Positions 55,835 to 64,000 of a stretch of DNA of 64,000 bases are shown here, piece by piece. Within the stretch, counting starts at the first letter, position 1; every line of letters starts with the position of its first letter. The DNA comes from Epithemia pelagica. Lineage: Eukaryota > Protista > Bacillariophyta. Both the position numbers and the translations under genes were made by a program. The notes beneath the pieces are model-generated. The model was given only the letters and a program-made list of their open reading frames with translations. It did not search any database and was not told where the DNA came from. Where the stretch lies: contig OX337229.1 in the NCBI GenBank assembly GCA_946965045.2, forward strand, positions 1,798,001 through 1,862,000, written 5' to 3'.

Positions 55835-56428
55835 AGGGCTGGGTAAGCCGATCCATGTTCGGCTAAGTAGGCTCAGTACATTAAGCTACGTAGTACTATT
55901 TTCATTACTGTAACAAGTGGGGCGAATGGTCACAAATCGAAAACTTGCTGCCACGAGAAACAATGCAATCCGGAAACCATCACTCGACAATGGTCGAAGA
56001 AATCACCCCCATGGCAATAACTTCATGGATAATTGAGCCTAACTGAATCACTTTTAGAATAATACTCTTGAATACTAGAGCAACTATGATTTCAATTTGA
56101 TTCAGTCACCGTTGAGAAATGAATGAGTTAGGAAGGTTTTTGGATTACATCACCAGTATACCTTTTGATCCAACGCGACAAATCTTCTGTAGCTGCAGAA
56201 CACAGTAATACTAGCAAACTCAAACAACTTACAGTAGTAGGATGTTGATGCGATGCATCGGTAAATGCATGCGGCATCAACGGATCTCGCCGTCATCGTG
56301 CAGTGTTTTTGCATTTTTTCGGACTTCCCACCATTTCAGGTATGACGTGTACTATGGGATTTTATGTACCCTACGTAGCTTTTGTACTGAACCTACTTAG
56401 CCGAACATGGATCGGCTTACCCAGCCCT
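55835..56428. mobile_element. MITE (594 bp) with ~60-bp TIRs
   Basis: AGGGCTGGGTAAGCCGATCCATGTTCGGCTAAGTAGG...CTACGTAG inverted at both ends; TA on both flanks. Confidence 0.88.
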
Positions 56429-56987
56429 TACGAATAGACGAGGGGGCAATGGGCATGGGCCCCCCATCTCCCAAATGCCAAATGCCCTCTCGCTCGGTCG
56501 TCGGTCGTGCGTCGTGCTTGCTCTTTGCTCTTGCCGGTTGCCGGTTGCCTTGGGGGTTGGGGACATGGATAACATAATAGTACGAGTTCGAGTACGAGTA
56601 CAATAGAATTACTCGTAGTGAGGATTACTTATTACTTACGAGTTTGGATCCTTGTCGGCGTCGTGAGCTGATTTCGAGTTGGTCCTGACTGATATCATAT
56701 TAGATGCGCGTAGGGTATTTTCAACGGGTAGATTAAATATGAATAATTGTAGTACACAGGACCGTCAGAAATTCTTACTCGTAGTCGTCATTATTCATTA
56801 TTATACGAAAAATATTGGTAGCCCCGGTCACCACGCAATTACTCGTGAAGTGGAATGCGAAAATTGACGACATGTTGCAACCTGCGACCTGCGACGACGT
56901 GAAGAAAAGTGAAGGTAAAAGGGAACACAGAACAAAAGCAAATGGTCACAATTCACAAACAATTGAAAAGGGGAAAAGGATCAAGAC

Positions 56988-59900
56988 ATGAAAGGCCGCA
57001 GCGGAGATAGAGCGTGGGCTTGTACGAGAGCTGCGCTCGTTTTGACGACTGTTTGCCTTGCAACAAATGCGCAAAAGTTACAAGACAATGGTAAATCTTG
57101 TCGCCTTGCTACCTTCATCCCCTTCACCGACATGCGTCCAGGAGCACCAGGAGATCACGAGAATGACCAAAGCTTTGGATATGGCGCTTGGCCTTCCGCA
57201 GAAGTTCTTGGTGCAGCTTCCTTTTCTCTAATGGCTGCAGCCGAAATGGCTCGACAACATTTTGTGAGTACAGAATAAAAAGCAGCAAACTATGCTGTGA
57301 TTTGTTAAGATCCATAACACTCATTTTATGCGTTTGATCAGAATGACAGAGATACGAAAATCGTCGACGAGTTGGGTGACCTCGGTGACTGTGAAATTAC
57401 TTTTCCTGAATCGAGCTTCTACATGGACTCCGGTTTTTCTCGTGACAAGGTTGTCGATTCGTTCTTGTCGCACGAATTTCAAGAAATGCAAAATGGAAAA
57501 GATCCACGAACGCAGGTCTGCGCTGTGATTGGTCCAGTGGAAACAGAGTCGCATGAGGGTCTCTCACCCATTACGGAAAACTTTGGAATTCCTCAAGTCG
57601 CCTATAAAAGCATTCAACACAGGCTCGGCCGAGGCGATTTGTTTCCCACCTTTGCTCGAGTCATTCCAGATGGGACAGATTGGGGTGAAACCTTGGCCAA
57701 GGCCGTGCACAGAGATTTGTGGCTTCGCGAGTATCTCGCAATCATTTACGAGCCTGACTATGGGGATCAGTTTGAAAGTCCACTGGAAGACGCAGAGGAC
57801 GAATTAACAAACTTTTTTACCATCATTGAAGAAGTCGAAGAGGGAAGTGATGACAGCATTCGTGACGCTCTTGGTGAAGTCATCAGTGAAGGCTATCGAA
57901 CAATCATGTATATTGGTGACCGATTCACGCTTCTGGATGATATTGCTCGAGTTGCCGACGAAATGGGACTGTTAGGCGAAGGATACTTTTGGATTCTTTC
58001 GGGAGATGTGGTTCCACCGAAGCTGTTGCCCACTATCAAGAACAAGGTTGGCTCGTCCCTGGACAAGCTTTTGGATGGAGCAGCAGTATTCACAAATCAT
58101 GATCCATTTATTTACAACCCCGACAATGATCGGTTCCTGGCAACATGGAAAAAACAGGATTCGTCCATGGCAGAATACTTAAACTTTAAACTGTCCGAGA
58201 CAATGGAGGGCGACAATCCTGTATACTACGCAGACTCGTCGTACTTTCAGACCCATGAACCCACCGAGTACGCCTCCTTTATCTACGACGCAGTGATTAG
58301 CACCGGTATTGGGGCATGTCGCGCCGCAGCACGAGAGGGATCCGACGACGACGCTCATTACCAGGAGATTCTGAAAGCGTCCTTCCATGGGGCATCGGGT
58401 CATGTTCAGTTCAAATCGGACGACGATGGTCACTATGAGAACTCTCGTGAAATGAGTGACCTAATCTTTGGTTTTCATAATCTTCGGCCACTTCCTGAAG
58501 ATGACAATGGGATGCGCGGGTACGACTACTGCTGCAGGTGATGCCGGCTATCTTTAGTATGTTACTCACGAAGATCCTCTTCTTCTAGGTACGAATCGGT
58601 TCTATATGCTCTATGGAGCATGGATGACGAGTTTGTGATGGATGATGGTGAAAGGGAGAAAGGTGCATGGAAGATTGTGAACGGCGAAAAATTCCTGTAT
58701 CACGGAAGTACCACCTCAGAGCCTTTACCGCTTCGCACCGTAGCCAACGCACACTACATTTCAAAGACAGCTCAAACAGTCGGTTTTACTCTTGTGTCAT
58801 TGTCGTGTTTCCAATCATTACTTTGCGCATTGTGGGTGTTCCTCAACAGGAAAGAGAAAATCGTACGAGCAAGTCAACCCTCCTTTCTCTATCTGCTTGT
58901 TGCGGGAGCTATCATGGTCGCCATCTCACTCGTTTTCATCTCATTCGACGAAGACAAGGGCTGGTCCGAATCACAGCTAGATAGGGGGTGCTCAATTTTT
59001 CCATGGGTATTTGTTCTCGGCTATGAAACCATGTGTGAGTGACGCAGTTGGTTGCTTCGAATTGAAGTCTGTCATCGCCAACAATACTAACAATTGTCGT
59101 TTTTTAGATTGTGCACTTTTAATGAAACTCTGGAGGCTGTCGCAACTGATGAGGCAGTTTCGGCGAAAAGTAGTGAAAAGCCACCACGTACTTGCTCCCT
59201 TTGGTGTTTTGATGATCTGTACCACATGTGTTCTCACGGTGTGGCAGATACTTGATCCGTTAGTTTGGGAGCGAGAAATCATCAATCGAGATCCCCTTGA
59301 AACATACGGCGAATGCCAGGTCGACGGCAACATACTCGCTTATATTGTTCCACTCGGCTTGTTAGTTGCTGTTATCACTACTTCCACGGCTGTCTATGCA
59401 TGGAAACTGAGGGATGTACAGAGTGAGCTTGCAGAGTCGAGGTGGATCTTTTTCGGCATATTCACTCACCTTCAGACATGGGCCATTGGAATCCCAATTG
59501 ATATCATTACTGATGACACGTCTCGAGAAGCTGGATATATGATGTTTGCTTGTCTTTCATTCATCTTTTCGACCACAATGGTTGGCTTTGTCATTTGGCC
59601 CAAAATATATGTGTGGGCAGTTACAACATATTTTGTTGATGGCAGTGAGACAAACAGTATCGTGTACGCCAATAGTTCGATTACTTCGGGGCAGAGGGGA
59701 CAAACATGTGTCTCTGGTGTTGGGGGTTCCTCCGACACTTACGAGAAGTATATGAAACAGCTGAGCAAGGGCGCAGACACTGGAAGTGACGGGTTATCGT
59801 CCGAAACCTTTTCCGCTCGCTTCGAGTGCGCTCCCCCTAGTCTTCAGAGGGTGGCCACGCCGCCCAGTGTATTAGAAGAGACTTCTGGTGTTTCATCACC

Positions 59901-60060
59901 TTCGAGCTCACTTCAGCAAGCACAGCTCGCAGCTGTCCATGAGGCTGTGCGTGACAGCGAAGTTGAAGAATCTGAACACACCGAGAGGGCCAATAATTTA
60001 CTACAGTCTGATCTCCTTGTGGAGGATTCAAAAACTGATGATTTTCGTGAGGAAGTTTGA
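56988..60060 (+). CDS. class C (GABA-B/mGluR-like) GPCR: periplasmic-binding ectodomain + 7TM; exons 56988-57263, 57342-58519, 58589-59034, 59108-60060
   Basis: Four exons splice in frame via GT-AG introns to 950 aa; signal peptide; AVIGP, IPQVAY, FARVIP; IVRASQPSFL, ALLMKLWR, LAESRWI. Confidence 0.88.
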
Positions 60061-60528
60061 CGGAGAACTGACCAGGAATCATTGTCGCCATAGTTTGTTT
60101 CCTGTCGCTCTACGACACGACAAACAAAAGTGGACTGCTTGCAATAACGTCTTTGCAAGGGAAAGGTTCTCATATCATGTTTTCCGTTGGACATGCTGCA
60201 TTGGGGCAAACTTGTCTCTGCGCCGGGTACCATGAAGACATTTTCACATGTATTTCACTATGTTGGTGCAGCACGGCATAGGATCCATTTCGTTGTGTTG
60301 CATTGTTGACCCCGAGGAAGGCTAAATCGACGCTACACGTAGAATAATGAAAATGTAATTTTGTTCGCATTTGCTCAACTAAAGTCGATGCTCTCTCGAA
60401 TCACCGTCGTGTTGATACAAACACCAGATTGTTATCATCCCATTTTTCGAATCTGACGCTCGTGGTATCAGTGAACCTGTGTAGCCCTCCTCCGCGATAA
60501 AGTCGGCGCCTTTTTCGTGCCTTATCAC

Positions 60529-61401
60529 TCAACCAAGAAAACGCATGAACCTGTCCTCCGCTGTAGCACTGGCCGATTCAGGCAGAATGGTGTCTTTGGT
60601 TGTAGTTCGTAGGATCTGTTCCGTCTGGGATAGATTCCAAGCTTCATTTTCCTTGAGTGTTTCCATCTGCCTTTGCCACTTGTCCAACAGCACTGGGAGC
60701 TTTCTCTCAGCAGCAACAAGTTGTTTCTTGGTTCGTTGGAGTGCGCTTTGCATGGAGTTTACAACTGCTATCTCTTCCGCATCTGCTGCTTCTGTCATGT
60801 TCTCTTCTGGTTCCTCCTCCGAAGGACTGGAAGTCTTGCGGGTAGCACGAAGACGATCCATGTGCTGCTTTGTGGTTGACGTTGCGATGGTCAGCACTTC
60901 ATCTCTCACTTTGGCCACTTGACGGGCCTGATCTCGCACCTTTTGGCGCAAGTCATGAACACGGTCAATCGCGTAGGTGTCAAGCAACTCGTCGTCATCA
61001 AAATCCTTCATTTCAAACTCAATTGGCGTCGGGGAGGACTCGTCCACGTCTTTCATAACGGAGTCTGTAGATTTGTTGCGATGGTTTTCCATGTCCAAAC
61101 AGTACTTGTGAAAAGCTTCATCTGAGACTGGCCTGGTCACTCGGGTCAGCAAGTATATCATAGATTCAAATACTTTTTGTTTTAAAAGAGAGGCCGCGCG
61201 ATCACTATCATCTTGAGCGCTTTGCTGCACTCGTTCCTCCAGGAGTGTGAGGACAGCATTGTAGTCGGATTCGGCAACAATGTTGTTATTTTCGCGAGTG
61301 GAATCAATTTCATTTGTGACATCAGGTCTTTTCCTGGCTTCCGCGCTGGACTCTTCTCCTTTTCCAATCATTGGGTTCACGGACTTTTCATCATGCGACA
61401 T
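60529..61401 (-). CDS. coiled-coil hypothetical protein (~290 aa)
   Basis: Open frame, heptad-rich; weak impression of a kinetochore Mis14/Nsl1-like protein, unverified. Confidence 0.6.
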   Translation of the reverse strand: MSHDEKSVNPMIGKGEESSAEARKRPDVTNEIDSTRENNNIVAESDYNAVLTLLEERVQQSAQDDSDRAASLLKQKVFESMIYLLTRVTRPVSDEAFHKYCLDMENHRNKSTDSVMKDVDESSPTPIEFEMKDFDDDELLDTYAIDRVHDLRQKVRDQARQVAKVRDEVLTIATSTTKQHMDRLRATRKTSSPSEEEPEENMTEAADAEEIAVVNSMQSALQRTKKQLVAAERKLPVLLDKWQRQMETLKENEAWNLSQTEQILRTTTKDTILPESASATAEDRFMRFLG

Positions 61402-61767
61402 GTTTTGGGGATGTATAGGGCGAGGGATTCGCAACACAAGACGGTAATCCTACAAAAATACACAATGGGAAGCTTCCCTCGGCGCTCTGCGCTTTGGTCT
61501 GGGAATTGGGGAGATGCCGTTTGTTTTTCTCTTTGGTCTTTCCCCATAATGTGGTCAGGCACGCGTTTAGAGTGAGCCGGTTGGCGGTTTTGTCCGTCGG
61601 GCGTGAGATCGAAGCAACTAGCCATACCTCTATAGTAGAGTAGGTAGTACTCCTAATGCTTCTCCGCTATCCATAGTTCCCTTTGTCATTTTTATTCCAA
61701 GAGTATCTTTCCTTCCTAGTCAAGGAAATTGGACGTAGATAAGAGACAAATACTTCTACTATTTTCA

Positions 61768-63062
61768 TTATCCCTTCATAATCTTGGGTTCTTCATCGTC
61801 ATCATCACGGCGATCACCACCATTGGGCGGTGGTCGACTACCCCATCCACCTTGTTGTTGGGCTTCTTGTTGCCCTTGATATTTTTGTTCGTCTCTACCT
61901 TCAAAAGCTCCTAAGTCGGCTTCTTGTGCTCCAAAGGCACGTTTGCGGGGCGCCGGCAACAAGACTTGGTCAATCAATCCATACCGTACGGCCTCGTCGG
62001 AGGACAAGTAAAAATCCCGTGACAAATCTTGTTGGATACGTTCCAACTCTTGACCAGTCAACATGGCCAATTCTTCTTCCATGCGATCGTTCCATTTCTT
62101 GACATTTTTCACCTCCAAGGCAATGTCCGTCGCCTGTCCACGAAAAACTTCGTCCATTCCCGTTCGTTGCAACAGGAAACGACTGTTGGGCATGGCCGAA
62201 CGTGCTCCCTTGGTCCCCGCGCTGCACAACATGGCTCCCATACCGGCACACAAGGCGAGATTCACTGTTTCAATCTTGCAATTTTCTTTGGTATTTTGAA
62301 TCAAATCATAAATGGCCAAACTGGGTCGGAGCAAGCCACCGGGAACATTAAAATACAAACTAATCGCTTGGCGAGGATCTTCCTTTCTCAAATACAACAT
62401 GATAGCAATAAATTCATTGGCTGTTTCTTCGTCAATAAATTTGTTCAACATGACGGTGCGATCCCGATACATGGCCGCATTAATGTCCACAAATTGAGCC
62501 ACCTGCGATCCAGGGGGCTATATGCCGAAGAAACCGAATAACAACAGCAAGAATAGGAAATCCAATGTCCCATGGATCGAGAACATGTGTGGTCAGAGTG
62601 GGATACGAAACAAAGCGTCGTTCTTGTCCTGTACCATGATTCTAGACAGCCGTGCGCGTTGTAGGTCGGTCGATCCAATAACCTTTTTGCACCATCACAT
62701 TTCATACATTTGCCAGCACAACAACGTACCTTGTATGGAACCATGGGGGTTTGACTCGGCATTCGCATGGGCTCACGTTTGGTAGAAGTTGACATGGAGG
62801 TAGTACTAGGAAAAGGATTGTTGAATCTCCGAAAGGATGACTTCTGGGACAAATCACTCGGGGAACCCAATTTGGGAAGAAATAGCTTACCATCACCATG
62901 GTGGGCCATGCGACGGAACGTATTGCCTGGTAGTTGAAGAGTCTTGAGACTGGCCGGTCCGAGGACAAAGGCCGTGGTTGCTTCATGGCCACATAGCAAA
63001 CACAACAACGCCACGATCACACATGCATTCGTCGATGCAAAAGTCATGGTATGGAGGAACAC
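61768..63062 (-). CDS. plastid-targeted ClpR-type (non-proteolytic ClpP family) subunit; exons 62730-63062, 61768-62517
   Basis: Signal ...HEATTA-FVLG plus transit peptide; PMVPYK|PPGSQVAQFVD; ClpP fold with the catalytic Ser region as ALCAGMG and the His region as RFLLQRT. Confidence 0.88.
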
Positions 63063-63423
63063 TTTGCTCTTTGATTACAGAGACGGGTGGATATAATATA
63101 CTTCGTCGAAACCTCTTGATGATTCAAAAATGAAAAGAACAAGAGACCAAAGGTAGACCCTCAAAAGATCTCGTGCGCACAGGGGGGCGAAAGCAAAAGG
63201 AGGTGCCAGTCGTATTCCACGTGGGGCCAATGGGGACGATTTTGGGGGAGGGGGAAGCTGACGGGTGGATGCACGGACGGTATCGCAACACGACACAAAA
63301 ATCGGTGTCGCGTTCGTTTTGGATCTCTGTCGCCCTCGCCCCGTAAATCTCAAAATGGGGCAAGGCTACTACAAACGATAACAACGCCACCAAGTAGATA
63401 CAAGAGAGCCTCATTCTTTCATC

Positions 63424-64000
63424 ATGAGTAATGTCCATGGATTGTTCTCCAACAAAAACAATGACGATGACGACAACGATGACGAAAACAATCGTTTCGT
63501 CGGTGGCATTGGAGATCGTGGAGGTGGAAGGTATGTTGTGCTGTGGTGTCTCATGCGTCAATGACAGAAATGTTTGTAACACACGCCACTAGAGGTTGGG
63601 AGCGAAACGTAAAGTCTTTGGCTCGTTGATGAAATTGGATTTCTGGAGCAGAATCTTTCGTAATGAAATGTTCTCTCACCAATGAGTGTTCCTTTTTTGA
63701 CTCGTACGTGTGTTTGCTGACACTCTCCATGCAACACTTGGTTCAATTATTGATTCTGGTCTGCCAAAGTGGTCTCGCGGTGCAACCCAATGTCGATGAC
63801 AGTGACCGAGACCGAGTCTTTGGATTGGCGGAAAATGCGACGGCGGACGACAGCAGCCAAGTGAGGCGCACTATTACCATGGTATGACCAACACATTTCT
63901 CAAACACATGTCTGGAATGTTGTTTCGGGTTGCTCTCACACGCACCCTTGCTGTTCTTGTTTGGTATCCCGTTGGTTGATTGGATCGACAGTACCGCGAT
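63424..64000 (+). CDS. NSFL1C: p47/Shp1-type SEP-UBX p97 cofactor, 5' part; exons 63424-63530, 63770-63881, 63992->end
   Basis: MSNVHGLFS...ENNRFVGGIGDRGGGS|GLAVQPN...RRTITM|YRD; the exons splice in frame into the start of a SEP domain. Confidence 0.8.

Noticed and set aside
1030-63887. Numerous 60-290-aa ORFs overlapping real genes on opposite strands or frames
   Set aside because: Shadow ORFs of coding sequence with no motifs; treated as non-coding.

Overview
A 64-kb stretch of a compact eukaryotic genome, most consistent with a diatom: short GT-AG introns, bipartite plastid-targeting leaders, a class C GPCR and diatom-type transposon proteins. Two gene-rich arms flank a transposon-rich core. 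The left arm (7.6-17.3 kb) carries MgtC, proteasome alpha-1, COG4 and a UBZ-AlkB-AlkB gene. The right arm (52-64 kb) carries ankyrin, NSA2, SOUL, a GPCR, ClpR and p47. Mobile elements include a copia 5' end inserted into a decayed APE-RT LINE (1-7.3 kb), two PIF/Harbinger-type two-gene DNA transposons, a decayed tyrosine-recombinase (DIRS/Ngaro-like) retroelement, a gypsy integrase remnant and four MITE-like TIR elements. The best finding is a ~6.3-kb element (42966-49236). It has an uninterrupted 1208-aa ORF that follows the RAG1/Transib catalytic core motif by motif, lies tail-to-tail with an unrecognised non-RAG2 partner ORF, and is bounded by CAC-starting imperfect inverted repeats, but I found no TSD. 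Other notable points are a 496-bp tandem duplication creating a Fic ORF without its autoinhibitory helix, two highly structured non-coding tracts behind retroelement ORFs, a degenerate C5-methyltransferase-like domain in the YR element, and a Myb-HNH fusion. All family assignments come from motif recognition by eye; no searches were run.
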